Positions 1 to 14,355 of a DNA stretch of 64,000 nt are shown piece by piece. The stretch covers positions 117,304,001 to 117,368,000 of the forward strand of contig OX597818.1 of assembly GCA_951406725.2 (NCBI GenBank), given 5' to 3'. The notes under the pieces were generated by a model. The model had not been told where the DNA came from. It ran no database searches and worked only from the letters and a program-made list of their open reading frames with translations. Both the position numbers and the translations under genes were made by a program. Positions within the stretch are counted from its first letter, which is position 1. Each line of letters begins with the position of its first letter. The stretch comes from Octopus vulgaris. Taxonomy: Eukaryota.

Positions 1-18
1 TACATGGCTAGTGTGTGC

Positions 19-71
<53 letters not shown>

Positions 72-297
72 GTATACATATATATAGACACACACACATA
101 TACATATATATATAAACATAGCTGGATATATGCATAACATATGTATAGGTATATATATAAAGTTATATACGCACACATGGGTTTATATGAGTGTATATCT
201 ATGTAAATATACGTATACATATATACATAGATATATATGCATATGGATGCAACTCTAAAAAGTATTTCCATATACTTCTAATATATATTTATATGTA

Positions 298-330
<33 letters not shown>

Positions 331-401
331 CTATATATATAAATATATACATGTATATATGTATAAATATATACATTTTATATATGTATATATATATATA
401 T

Positions 402-475
<74 letters not shown>

Positions 476-678
476 CTTTGCGCATCGTTGCATAAGGGTG
501 AATATATATGTCCTAGTCGAATCTATTGATACCACGACGGCTTTTAGTTTCGTGTATCACCAAAAGCCTGGAATATCAGACAATAAAAACAACATTTATT
601 TACATTTGTATTTTTTGTGTGTATACACACAAGCAAATACATGCACACATAAATACGCACACACTCACATATGTACAT

Positions 679-746
<68 letters not shown>

Positions 747-853
747 TTATACATGCCTATTATATTCATTTACATATAAAATTAAACTTATATGTACATA
801 TGTTAGGATATGTATACTTATGTATACAGGGATATAAGACTGAATTTATAAGT

Positions 854-899
<46 letters not shown>

Positions 900-905
900 T
901 TACAC

Positions 906-945
<40 letters not shown>

Positions 946-1009
946 TTACACATATGTATAGATACATGCTCACACATTTATATATTTACATATATATATA
1001 TATATATAT

Positions 1010-1071
<62 letters not shown>

Positions 1072-1135
1072 GTATATATATGTATTTATATATGTATATG
1101 TGTATAGGTTGTTATCTGAGCGTGAATATATGTAT
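1..1135. repeat. Compound (TA)n/(CA)n microsatellite field (representative of dozens in the window)
   Basis: Direct inspection. Comparable fields lie at 5485-5790, 14200-14520, 41420-42840, 48810-49150 and 58130-58480. Confidence 0.95.
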
Positions 1136-2482
1136 TACATGATCGTCTTCAAAATATACTTGCAGCTTTACTGTTTCCTAGAGTTAGTTTATTTTCGTTT
1201 ACACTCCATTAACCTATGCATCTCTGCTCTCTTACACACGTTGCTGCCCATACACATTAACGTATCGTCCATTGTTTTGTTATATGCAATACTGTTACTT
1301 TCAAGTAAGCATTATTGTTTTTAGTTTTTCTTACAATACCAGCTGAGAGCGTTTCAATTGATATATATGTGTATATTTTTGTGTATTTGTTGTGTTCATA
1401 TGTATGTATTTAAATTTCACATATTTTTTTAAAATCTGTCTTTCATTTCATATATTCCCTCCCTCAATTGGCATCCGCGTTCTTTTTTTTTAATTTCTTC
1501 TATTCATCTTATTTAATTTTATTTATTTACATTTTCTCTGTCATTATATATTTTCTTTTCTGTTTTTTTATCAATTGCTTTTGGACACTTTCACTTATCA
1601 GATAAAATAAATTTAAATCGTCGTTTCCTTCATTAAAACATTTATTTATCCGATACATTATATAATAGTAATTAATATTTGTTTAAATAATAATTCGTTG
1701 ATTCACACATCTAATTAGCAGTTGATTTGTTATTATTGTTATTAGTATTTCATTTTATATTTATTTAATTACTTAATTTGATCTTTACTTTATTTCTTAA
1801 TTAAATACTCCCCTAGTTGATATTGTGATTATAATTCAATTTTTATGACTAATATATTTATGTAATGATATTAAATTATTACTTCTTAAAACGGAAGTAA
1901 TTCTCATATCCCACCGATTTAGATTCAAGCATTTATAATAAATATAATAAAGATTAATATCATTACAACCATTCCTTATTATTGTTGTCATTTGTTGTAG
2001 GAAGAGGAAAAGGAGGAGGGGGAGGTGGAGTAAGAGTAAAAGTAAGAGTTTTAGTATTCATAGTAACAAAATGAGCATTCATAATGATAATAATAGAAGT
2101 AACAGCAATTGTAATCGAATTAGTAATTTTGTAGGTCTGTACCATTCTTTACAATTTTCAGTTTATTATTGTTATAATTTTCTTTTTTTCTTTTTCATTT
2201 TTTTTTCTTTGGAATGCTAAAATGTACCACATTCATTCAAGAACTTGTCTCGAAAATTCGTCAGTCCTGCATTCAAGAAGTTTCGGTTTTTGCATTTAGC
2301 ACCGTTCTCTTCTGTGAGTATCGACATTGCCACTTCCGAGAATTTCGTAAGGTATATGTAGGTAAATATATATATATATATATATACGTATATGTATATA
2401 TATGTATATACACGTCTATATATATGTGTGTGTATATATGTTATATATGTATTTACAGGTACATATACATACATATATACGC

Positions 2483-2550
<68 letters not shown>

Positions 2551-2830
2551 TTACATATATATTCGTATGTGTTTTAAATTTCCTGCCCGTTTCTTAGAGT
2601 CACCGTTAAAAGTTCCATCTTACAATACCAAGTAATTCTAGAGCAGCTCGAAACTCGCTTTTTGATATCATTTGATTTCCTGCAAAATACGACGAGAAAT
2701 AAAAAACGGATTACAATCACGAATAACAAGAGAAGTGCATATAAGCATACGAGTATCCATCCATCCATTCATGTCTGTCATATATATGTATATATGTGTA
2801 TGTGTATATATTATATATATAAATATATAT

Positions 2831-3230
2831 ATAAATTAGAGAAAAACCACTATTATGTAATTCAAACAATGATAGACGTAAATCATACCATATAGAAAAA
2901 ATAAAGTATATGAAAAAACATTAATCTAGATCACAAACAATATATAATAATACATAAATAAACAGTATATAATTAGTATATTTACTATTTATATACTAAT
3001 TATATACTGTTTATTTATTTATTTTTATGTACTTTTTTTGACCTAGTTATATGTTTTACAATATATGTATTTTTTATTTATAATTTGGTTTACGACTATC
3101 ATTGTCTGAATTACATAATAGTGTTTTTTCTCTAATTTATATATATATATATTTATATTGTGAAATTTGATTTAATATTAAATTGAATTTTTCCCTGTAA
3201 GTTTGGAGTTATACTCCCTAATATCATTAT

Positions 3231-3235
<5 letters not shown>
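2831..3235. repeat. Fold-back element (about 150-bp arms, 9-nt loop) plus unique tail, between TA runs
   Basis: 2831-2981 is the reverse complement of 2991-3140 (perfect near the loop, diverged distally). The tail 3160-3230 matches 24479-24540 in reverse complement. Confidence 0.8.
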
Positions 3236-3271
<36 letters not shown>

Positions 3272-4287
3272 AGAACATTCCGAGCCCATTACAAATCAAA
3301 TTCTAGAATTATCATATGAATCGACAAATATTTGAAAGTCATTTGTTGTCGGAAGAGGAAAAGGAGGAGATGGAGTTGGCGTATGAGCAAAAGTAATAAT
3401 TTTAACATTGATAGCAACAAAATGAGCATAATGATAATAATATTAAGTCATAATGATAATAATATTAATAACAGCAATTTCAATAGAATTAGTTATTTTG
3501 TAAGCCTGTACCATTTTTGCTTACATCAGTTATTTGTATGCTTTCCTTTGTGTTTCAAATATTCTACAGAGGATGTTACGGGCTCTCTCCTCCAGTTAGC
3601 AATATATATTGTATACACAGAGTGCGGAAGATCTGCCTGGAGTTAATCTAGTAGTAACTAGTATATATATATATATATATACACCTGTGTTCGTGTGTGT
3701 GCATGTGTGTGTTTGTGTATGTATGGCGTATTTGTGTGTGTGTGTGTGTGTATGTGTTTATATACGTACGCACAATGATGTATATCAATAAGGCAAAATA
3801 AAGATATAAAGAAATAATTGAAAATGCTTAAAAAACAAAACTATTTAGAAACATACTTAAAAAATCGTAAACGATAATTAATGATGTAATTTATGGTGAT
3901 TAATTGTGTTTTATTTCTTGTAAAAATACCTGTAGAGTGCATGAACTATGCTGACATACGTTTATATCTCGCTAAGGAGGTACAATCCATATTTCGATTC
4001 AATCGTTTGTTGATTGCATTTCCTTGGTGAAAACCACTTAGTCTAGACAGTTGATTATTTTGAAAGTCTTAAGGCAACTATATCATTACGTTTTTAATTA
4101 TAATTCAGCTGCTTATGTATCCTTCTGTAGCTCAACACGCTTTCAGTTCATTAAATTGTTTTCATCTAATTAGTTATTTTAATAAACGCATCTTCTTACA
4201 CTACTTCACTGATATTTTCGATAAAAATCGTAACCTAATGGGTCAGATAATATAGTTAATGAGGAATATAGCGTATGTCAATTAAAT

Positions 4288-4893
4288 GTAGGGGCGCAAT
4301 GGCCCAGTGGTTAAGGTTGTTTTTGTTGTTGTTAAGCAACCAGACGGGTAAGGCTGATTAGGTGATGATCTAGGGCTTAGGGGCGGGAGACCCCAGACCT
4401 TGGAAAAAAAGAACTTTGGTCGTCTTGTTATAGTCGAGGGCACTTTGTTGACACCCGATATCACTGTGAGGTGGCCCTCGAAGTCGCTAGAAATGGAGAT
4501 CTCCAGGTCCAAATTCTTGAACGGCAGTGGTTAGGGTAGCGGACTCACGGTAGTAGGATCGTAGTTTCGATTCTCAGAGCGGGCGTTGTGAGTGTTTATT
4601 GAGCGAAAACATCTCAAGCTCCACGAGGCTCCGGCAGGGTCGGTGGTGGCGAACCCTGCAGTATGCTTTCACCACAACTTTCTAACACTCTTTCTTCCTG
4701 TTTCTGCTGTACCTGCATTTCAAAGGGCCGGCCTTATTACATTCTGTGTCACGCTGAATCACCCTGAGAACTATATTAAGAGTACACGTGTCTGTGGAGT
4801 GTTAAATCACTTGCACGTGCATTTCACAAGCAGGATGTTCCGTTGATCGGATCAATTAGAACCCTCGTCGTCAGAACCGACGGAGTGCCACGA
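4288..4893 (+). mobile_element. tRNA-derived SINE family C, interrupted at 4317-4524
   Basis: A box tggcccagtgg and B box gtttcgattct. Body is near-identical to 33138-33518 in reverse complement. Confidence 0.85.
4317..4524 (-). mobile_element. 208-bp retroposed insert with (AAC)n tail and 12-bp TSD
   Basis: cagtggttaagg (4305-4316) / cagtggttaggg (4525-4536) flank the insert. The minus strand ends ttaacaacaacaaaaacaa. Confidence 0.8.
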
Positions 4894-4928
4894 CGATCAA
4901 ATAAATAGAGAATAAATTTTGTACTTAC

Positions 4929-5072
4929 TGTTGACATCAAAAAATGAAAACATTTCTTGCACGAACTGCTCATCACTCAGTGTGGAACTGCTTTCACGTT
5001 GCGCCCTTAGAAATTGGCTGAATCTATTTAAAACAGGTCCTTCCAAGTTCTTTCGATCATGGTAGAGCGTAC
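4929..5072 (-). CDS. Probable internal coding exon (144 bp, phase 1/1) ending at the start of an EF-hand loop
   Basis: Minus strand: acceptor ttttcttttttcag, 144-bp open frame (G)TLYHDRKNLEGPVLNRFSQFLRAQRESSSTLSDEQFVQEMFSFFDVN, donor GTAAGT at 4928. EMFSFFDVN matches the entering helix and first loop positions (F..FD.N) of a canonical EF-hand. Same strand as the 47660-47786 exon and phase-compatible with it. Confidence 0.72.
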
Positions 5073-5483
5073 CTGAAAAAAGAAAACCATAAAATTCAAA
5101 TGGTTTCATTTCAAAATGCATTCTTTCTGCGATATTATCCACCCTCAGAATGTATGTGTGTGTGAGTGTGAGTGTAAGTATCTGTCTGTGTGTCAGTGTT
5201 CACTTATGCGCCACGCGCACTGATTTCCCCTCCGCAATTAAACTCGTACAGTGATAGAATTAAGCCTCCAAAAGACATGCACACCTATAGGTATACTCAT
5301 ACGAACTTACCCACGTACATATACTGTGTGTGTGTGTATATGTATACATATACACGTGTGTATGTGTTTGTGTAGCTAGCTATATACGTGTGTACGTGTG
5401 TGTGGTTGAAAAACAGTTTGATTTGAATTCGTTGGTGCTCTTGACTTGCTAGTCGTCGGCCATTTTGAATTTTAATTGTCCAC

Positions 5484-5541
<58 letters not shown>

Positions 5542-5600
5542 CATGTATATGAATATATATATATGTATGTATATGTATATGAATATATATATACATATAC

Positions 5601-5663
<63 letters not shown>

Positions 5664-5706
5664 CGTATATATATACATGCATATATGTGTATATATATAT
5701 ATATAT

Positions 5707-5767
<61 letters not shown>

Positions 5768-6005
5768 CAGAGAGAGAGAGAAAGATAGAGATACGTGTTT
5801 GAAATTCATTCACACGGCTTTCATTTACCTAAAACTATAATAGAAAACACATACTCAAGGTACGAAGAATTCCTGGATGATTTAGCGATTATTCCTAGCA
5901 CAACAACGGAAAAATTACAGTCTCTTTAATTCTCCTTAACGTAGCCATAGCTCTACTCTCGTATTTTACGAGGTCAGCAAAATATTCGCTTAGTTGACGT
6001 AAAAG

Positions 6006-6086
<81 letters not shown>

Positions 6087-6435
6087 CGTGTGTGCGTGTG
6101 TGTGTTTGTTCGTATGTGTATAGAAAACAAGTTATATTTCCGTGATAAAATCTCCACAGAATTTGAAAATTGAATTGAAAGTAGCAAACCACTTTTGCGA
6201 ATGAGGGCAATAGCATGATCGATAATGACGCGATGTAAGAAGAAAGTAACATATATAAATCTCTACAGGTGAAGCCTCAACCGATAGTTCATTGACTCGA
6301 AAATGGCAGCAGTTTTATGATTGTATCCAGACAGATAGTAAGAAATTCCATTAATGAGCATCCCAGGAGAAGGTAAGGACCACCTTCTTAATATGACCGA
6401 ATTGTTAGCCAACCGTACTAAGTCATCAGATGTGA

Positions 6436-6510
<75 letters not shown>

Positions 6511-7091
6511 GTGTGTTCGTGTATGCGTGCAGTTGTGAGTGTATATATGTAATTATTTATCTAAAGAATGTATCTGGTGGAAGCGTCTGAAAGGATTGCA
6601 GACAAACACTTTCCTATCTGGTCAATCTCTTATCAACTTCTTCAAATATCACTTGAAACGGAAAGTGAGAGTAGAAAGGCAATTTTAAAAAAAATATGTG
6701 TGAATGTAGCAAGGATGGCAAGTATAAATGACGAAGCCACCTTGAGCATAATCCTATGAACCCGGAAAACTTTAAAACAGAAAGTTACTTGCAAATAAAT
6801 GTGTTAACATGTAACATTATTGACCGAGGTTACGGTGGTTTTTCCGTAGGCTTTCCTTTCCACGGATAAACCTTATCTGCTTCCCCTTTTACACTTTACA
6901 TCATGACATTTCTTTGATACACGAACCTTATTGATCGTTTTTTTCTGTCATTTTACGATCGCTTTTGAACGAAAACCTACCCCTTTTTCTTTTTTTCTTT
7001 TTCTTTTTCTTTTCTTTTTTCTCCCAAAAGAAAAGCTCTACTTTGTAATTTGTCCCTCTGTGTTCAGCCCTATGTGGCTAATAAAGAAACA

Positions 7092-7155
<64 letters not shown>

Positions 7156-7164
7156 AATCAAACT

Positions 7165-7515
7165 CTTTCACTCCACTTCACACTTTTGATCGCCATCCAG
7201 CTCGATCCGAAGCAAGGGTTTCTATGGCCTTTGGATCCATTCCAAATGACTCCACGGTAGTCTTTATGTCATCCGTAAACGTCAATTTACGTTTACACCG
7301 ATAGCGTTTGCCCTTTGCTAGCTCACCATAACGTAGATATCTGGGTGTGCGTTCACTCGCCATTCGAGCAGTATGACCAGACGATCGCATTTGATGCCTG
7401 CAGACGCAAAGACATCTTTCTCCGGAGTAAAGATGCCCAATTTAATGTTTATAATGCGGGGAAGACATTTGTGGTCAATCGTTCTAATAATTTGAAATGT
7501 CACTCTAACACGCCC
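7165..7515 (-). mobile_element. RTE-clade LINE C-terminal remnant
   Basis: Minus-strand HKCLPRIINIK...SGHTARMASERTPRYLRYGELAKGKR...DPKAIETLASDRAGWRSKV matches the RTE ORF C-terminus pattern (GH..RM...R.P...LYGEL..GKR...A.DR..WR). Confidence 0.85.
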
Positions 7516-7518
7516 TTG

Positions 7519-7579
<61 letters not shown>

Positions 7580-7584
7580 ATATA

Positions 7585-7980
7585 GACGCAGGCACAGCTG
7601 TGTAGTAAGAAAGTTACTTCCCAACCCCAGGTTTGGGTTTCAGGCCCGCTGCGTGAGTGACAGAGGGCAAGTGTCTTCAGGCCGATCAAATTCTTGCGTG
7701 TGGATTCGGTGCATGGAAACTGGAAGAAGCTTGTGCTTGCCCTAGCACCACCACCACCACCACCACCACCACCACCACCACCACCTAACCCCTTGACAAC
7801 CGGCGTTGATGTTTTGTTCCCGTAACTTACGGGTTCGACAAAAGATACCGATAGATTAATACGAAGCTTTTAAAACATAAGATAAATACTGCAGTCGATA
7901 CATTCGACCAAATATTCTCCAAGACGATGACCTAGCACGGCCATAGATTCATGAGTGAAACAACAACAATATATAAAAGA
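7585..7980 (+). mobile_element. SINE family A (tRNA head, CORE-like block, internal microsatellite), diverged
   Basis: Collinear similarity to 63417-63822. Confidence 0.7.
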
Positions 7981-8047
7981 AATTTATGTATGTATGTAAT
8001 GTATATATCTATCTATCTATGTTTCTCTCTCTCTCTCTCTAAATATA

Positions 8048-8079
<32 letters not shown>

Positions 8080-8084
8080 CATAT

Positions 8085-8144
<60 letters not shown>

Positions 8145-8184
8145 ATATATATATAAAGAGAGAGAGAGAGAGAGAGATTTATAT

Positions 8185-8424
8185 AAATAAGGATAAAATC
8201 GTTAATTTAAATATCGATCTTATCAAGTGGACAGCATGGGAATAAAAACCTTCAAAGGTAATAATTATTATTAAAATTATAATTTTGGGTATCGAAGAGA
8301 TAACACCACAATAGTAGCCAAAACTTGACTCTAAAACCACATTTAATGTTCATACAGCGCAATGTCATGTTTTGGCTATTATTTCTAGCGTGGTGGTATC
8401 TCTTAGATCCCCTAAATTATAATT

Positions 8425-8425
<1 letters not shown>
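8185..8425. repeat. Tail plus fold-back element flanked by dinucleotide microsatellites
   Basis: 8274-8329 (aaattataattttgggtatcgaagagataacaccac...gccaaaacttgac) pairs with 8364-8425. Confidence 0.7.
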
Positions 8426-8456
<31 letters not shown>

Positions 8457-8557
8457 CACATATATATGTATGTACATCATATAATATATGTGTATACATG
8501 AATATAGGTATGTATATATATATATATATGCATAAACATATATTCGCATACATATAC

Positions 8558-8598
<41 letters not shown>

Positions 8599-9519
8599 AA
8601 ACACACGCATAAACACACACACATACATATGCACACATGAATGGTAGCTTTTCTTTTCGGTTATAATTAAACACATTTTACATTAGTCTAATGGGTAACT
8701 CCACGAGTATGTTAGTATAATTTTTTTAAGTCTTTAACAAGAATGTTATGAACAGTAACTTCGAAATTTCGGCCAGCTATGTCGTCATCGGACTGAGAAG
8801 CATTCAAATTAATTTATACAAGCATACATTTGTGTGTGTAAATATGTGTGAGTATTTGTGCGTGTGTATATGCGTATGTATGTGTATGCGTATGTGTACG
8901 TATTGATTTGTATACGTATATATGTTTGTTTATGCTATAGATAGTTAGATAGATAGATAGTGAGCGAGACTTTTCTATTTAGTAGTCGAAAATTGAAATT
9001 GTTGCATAAATTTGGCTTTCGTCCCGGTTTCCATGCATAGCTGACCCCTGTATATAGGTCAGGCATACAGAATGACTCACTGTCTTCGAGTATGTTAAAT
9101 ATTAGATTATCGAAAGAAGTGGAAAAAATAGAGAAGAGGAAATTGCTGACAAATCGTGCATATAAAGATATGTACGAACGCGTATACAAATATATGGGAA
9201 ATTTAATAGTAGATTCTCTTATGATATAATATTGATGGAGAGACGATTTCGAATGTTAGAATGAATAGTGATGTGCTTTCTCAATCAATTTGTTCTGAGT
9301 TCAATGAACATTGAGGTCGGTGTTCCATTTTACTTATTCGGAGTCGAGGAAAACGGTTGCAGTTTTCGTTATACATTTTCTGTCCCAGTTTCCATCAGTC
9401 TTCACATCAGGGCTGGGGAAATATGGCCTTCCCTGTTTTAAAACGCCGTCTTTTGCGGTGTTGCCTTTACGATTTGATAAGGTATTAAATGTCGTATTCA
9501 GTTACGTTTACCAACAAAT

Positions 9520-9826
9520 GAGGAGACCTCCTTCGGTCATGAATGACCATGGGATTGCACCTAGAAAGTTATCCTCAGGGGCACAAATCCGAGCAAGGTT
9601 GTTTGTAGAAGGCCAGCAGTCGCCCATGTATACCAGCCTCTCCTCTCCATACCACCGATGTTATCCAAGGCAAAAGCAAAGGGGCTGATACAGCTTCGCT
9701 CCAGTGATGTTGCAACTCATTTCTACAGCTGCTCAAGAACACACCACGCAGCCCAGTCCGGGAATCGAACTCACAGCCTCACGATCGTAAGCTCGACGTT
9801 CTAACCACTGAGCCATGCGCCTTCAG
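9520..9826 (-). mobile_element. tRNA-derived SINE family D (CORE-like, internal deletion)
   Basis: Minus-strand head tgaaggcgcatggctcagtggttag...gagttcgattccc, then gtgttcttgag. Body matches 12680-12900. Confidence 0.8.
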
Positions 9827-11014
9827 ACAAACAAATACAAACATATTAAAACCATACACACACATACATATATTTGTTATTTTGTTTGTGTTTATAGATC
9901 TGTGTGTGTTGGGGGATGAAGCTCTGTTGTACGTAGCCACGGCTTATGCCCTTCCGAACGCCAGTCACATTAGAAAGTGTATTGGATGCTTTTTACGAGC
10001 CACCGGCATTACTACTTTACACAGTGTTCTTTTGCCGTGCCAGCTACACTCAGATATTATTCCTCATTTTCTCTCTCATGCACATCACGTTTCCATCCTT
10101 TTTCAACCGAATAGCTAAGAAAGCAGACTATCTATTTAAAGAAGCATGTGTTATATTACCCATATACACATACAATTACTGCTTGGCAAAGCCCGATTTG
10201 TGTGATACGGTTTGTTTTTCATAATTTACTTAATGAATTACTGACATAATGTCTATGAGGGAAATTTGGGAAGATCTACATCCCCAAATTCGTAAAACAG
10301 GTGTATTACTTCAATCATGTGTTAGCACACGGGTCATGGTTTCTAGATTTTATATGTAAGTATAGAAATTTCGTATGAAATTAGAGTCATGCACAATTTT
10401 GTAGAACAAAAATACCACAATTTTATATGATTAAAGACTGAATGCTAACTGAATATTTAGTATCGAACCGAATGTAAGTCCCAGGACTCTTATTATTGTT
10501 ATATAGTGTTTCAAATGATAAAAGAATATCTGCCATACTTAGCTGTTAATTCATATTGGAATACACATCAAAGAATATATATATTCTAACTGGCATATGA
10601 TTGTTCATATTTAAAAGTTACAGACTGCTTAGTTACTGTTCAAGCGAACCTCACAAAGATACAATAGTGTTTAGTATAGTAACATGTAGTGAAACGTGAG
10701 AGACACAATATAGCATTCAAATATTACGATTCTTATCAGTCATTCACAATTCAGACACTATAAAATTTTCGTTTAATTAACAAGACCTATAATGTATAAT
10801 TGTTGACAACCGGTCTATCAGTTCTGAGCTGTTGAATTTTTATCAGATTGCAGCGCGTAAAGACAAAAGCTTTCGTAACATAGAACAGAGTATTAAGAAG
10901 GAAAGAGGGAAAAGCATAATGAGGAAAGTGTTGATGGTTTGAGTGGGCAAAATTTGAATAGTAATATTGAATGGTTGTGATATAATACAATTTGGTAAAG
11001 TTTTACCTACATCG

Positions 11015-11078
<64 letters not shown>

Positions 11079-11649
11079 TGGAGACGCAGAGAAGGCATTT
11101 AGACAGAGAGAAAGACGTCTGATTCTGTTCTTTCGCAAGAGAATTCTTGGAATTGAAGAAATATATTGCTTTTGAATATTTGAAATGGGACTAGTTAGAC
11201 ACGAGTCAGATGAGAAATTATTGTTGAATGCTATTGATGGGAAGGAATGAGGTGATTTCGTAATACCGAAATTGTAACAATGAGGTAGTGCTATGATTAA
11301 GTTATGTTGTGGGAATATTCACAACCAGAAATACAAAAAATATTCATGGAATTACATTATTTACAAATTGTAAGCCTGTATATTGTCTATACATTTGATA
11401 GAAATAACATTAAATCTCACTCATATCATTGACTGTTGTCCCAAATAAAGCGGGAAACCCTATAAATAAATAGATCAAGACGACGTATTGAAAAATCACA
11501 ATAGTAAGTAAATATTTAAGTATACAATAATAACTAAATAAATAAATAAATATAAAAAGGAATGTAGGATATGTCGCACAACCTTTTGCAGATAAAACTT
11601 GATAAATAGGAATAAAAACTAGAGGTTATATATTTAAAAAAATATTTAT

Positions 11650-11812
11650 CTATTTCTAGCCCACAGGGGGCTAAACATAGAGGGAACAATGACATACAAA
11701 AAGGATTACGTCGATTACATCGACTCCAGTGCATAATTGGTACTTATTCAATCAACCCCAAAATGATGAAAGGCTAAGTCGATCTTGGCGGATATTGAAC
11801 TCAGAACGTAGT
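11650..11812 (-). mobile_element. SINE family B, 5'-truncated
   Basis: Matches the body and tail of 46872-47097. Confidence 0.8.
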
Positions 11813-12530
11813 ACATTTTGAATATTTGATCCCGCTCTTCACAAGCGCAACAAGAGACGGTAGTTTTCTTCTTTTTTTTACACGCTGGGATAGAATTTTT
11901 TTCTGTTTTATGTGTTTATTATTTTATGTATATTGTTACAATTTGATATAATTCTTTTAGCGCATTTTCTTATATCTATAAAACATTTTTAAACAATTCA
12001 AAATTAATTCTAAAATATTTTTAAAATTTTAGCAAAATATTTTTAACAAGAATTTATATTCTTAATTTTTTATATCTGAAATTTGTATTCAATATTTCTT
12101 AAAGAAATCCGAAATTGAATTTTATCTAGAGACATTTTAACGTTTAATGTTTTTCAATTGTGAGATTTTTTTTATTTTATATTTAGTTAATTAATTAATA
12201 TTAATTCTTTAAATCAATTTAAAAAATTTTATCATTTTTTAATTTTCAATTTTCAACATTTTAATTTTTCAGTTTTTAAAGTCTCTGCTATTATGCTTTA
12301 TTTTTTAATTGTATTTAATATATTTTTTATATTCATTTCTTTTCTATTTTACCCTTTGAATTTTGATAGTAATTCTTTTAAAGACATTTTTCTCTCATTT
12401 CTTTTCTTTTTCTTTTTTCACTAGCTTAAGTTTCCCTTTACTGACTTTTCTCTTAATGATGTTGCGTATTTTCACTTTCGAATTTTGTAATCTTCCATTT
12501 CACACGGAATTTGCATATATGGATATATAT

Positions 12531-12606
<76 letters not shown>

Positions 12607-12679
12607 GTATGTGTGTGTGTGTGTATGTATACACACATACCTATATATATATATGTGTGTGCTTGTGTATAGAAAAGAT

Positions 12680-12900
12680 ACCTTCCTTTCGGCCATGACT
12701 GACAATAAAATTGCACCTAGAAAGTTACCCTCCGAGGCACAAGTGCGGGCAAGCTTGTTTATGGAAGAGCAGCTGTCGCCCATGTATAACAGCCTCCCCT
12801 CTCCCCGTCACCGACGTCATTCAAAGGAAAGGCAAAAACCGATAGTTTTGCACCAGTGATGTTGCAACGCACTTCTACAGCTTAGTGACCCGGAATAACA
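12680..12900 (-). mobile_element. Partial SINE family D
   Basis: attgcacctagaaagttaccctc...ccagtgatgttgcaac is shared with 9555-9720. Confidence 0.75.
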
Positions 12901-13048
12901 TAAATTAAAATATCTTACTACAGAAAACAAGACACAACACAGTTGTGGTGCATCTTTCGGTGCAGATGTGTCTCATAGAGTGAATTTTCAAAGGGTACCT
13001 CTTTCAATAAACTTGGTGTGGCTTGGTTCTATATATATATATATATAT

Positions 13049-13453
13049 ACTCTTTACTCTTTTACTTGTTTCAGTCATTTGACTGCGGTCATGCTGGAGC
13101 ACCGCCTTTAGTCGAGCAAATCGACCCTGGGACTTATTCTTTGTAAGCCCAGTACTTATTCTATCGTCTCTTTTGCCGAACCGCTAAGTGACGGGGACGT
13201 AAACACAGTAGCATCGGTTGTCAAGCAATGCTAGAGGGACAAACACAAACACACAAACATATACACACACATACATATATATATATATACATACATACGA
13301 CAGGCTTCTGTCAGTTTCCGTCTACCAAATCCACTTACAAGGCATTGGTCGGCCCGAGGCTATAGCAGAAGACACTTGCCCAAGATGCCACGCAGTAGGA
13401 CTGAACCTAGAACCATGTGGTTGGTAGGCAAGCTACTTACCACAGAGTCACTC
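13049..13453 (-). mobile_element. SINE family A, full length
   Basis: Near-identical to 14819-15201 and 52424-52821. Confidence 0.9.
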
Positions 13454-14295
13454 GTATGTACCTAAGTATATATGTATGCATGTAACTATGTATGTTTGGA
13501 TGTAAATATCAGCTAATCAGATCTTTGAATTACCTTCGCCTGTAAATAGATTCATAGATATATTGATAAAGACAAATCAAAGAGTGAAGAAAGATATCTT
13601 TTCCTAAGAATATATGCGTAGCCCTGTGCATTCCGGCGTAATTCACCGTGTGAAGTTTTTGTCTGTTGTGTTGATACTAATGTGTGTGTGCGTGTGGTTG
13701 GGTTGTGTGCATGCAATTTCTGCAATTTTTATAACGGATTTTATAAATGGAATTATAAAAATAGTACTCGCTAACTGGATGTTTGAAAAATGCGCAGAAA
13801 CTATTCCGAAGTTTTCTACTTCTATCACGAGAATCCCTTTCTTCATTTGGAAGAATTATTCATATATCTTTATATGAAGCCATAAATATCATCGAACATG
13901 AATGAACCAAAAGGATAATCTGTGAGAAGGCAGTAATCCTGGCGAAGGAAATAAAAAAAAAGACATTGAATAAAGCTTTCAAAGACCAAAATACGAACAA
14001 GAATGAAGAACCAATCAAAAGAAGTTTAGACATTTCATATCATATTCGTAAACTCTATGGAATAGGGATATCAAAAGAAAATATCATTATTCGTATATGA
14101 AATGACGTCAAAACCATGGAAAACCAATACAAAATAAACTTGGTTTCCCCGCATTTTGAAAAACAAGAAACCAAACAGCGAAGACTGATTAGATTGTATG
14201 CATACATACATACATTCATATATATTTATATTTATATCAGTGTGTGTATAATTGTACGTGTGTATATGTATACATATTCATATATATATATGTAA

Positions 14296-14355
<60 letters not shown>

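Noticed and set aside
8753-8795. Degenerate hammerhead-like trace on the minus strand (also about 21960-22010)
   Set aside because: Core boxes are mutated (CCGAUGA/GAAAU; UAAAU) and the stems are poor. They cannot be told from chance without a family consensus.
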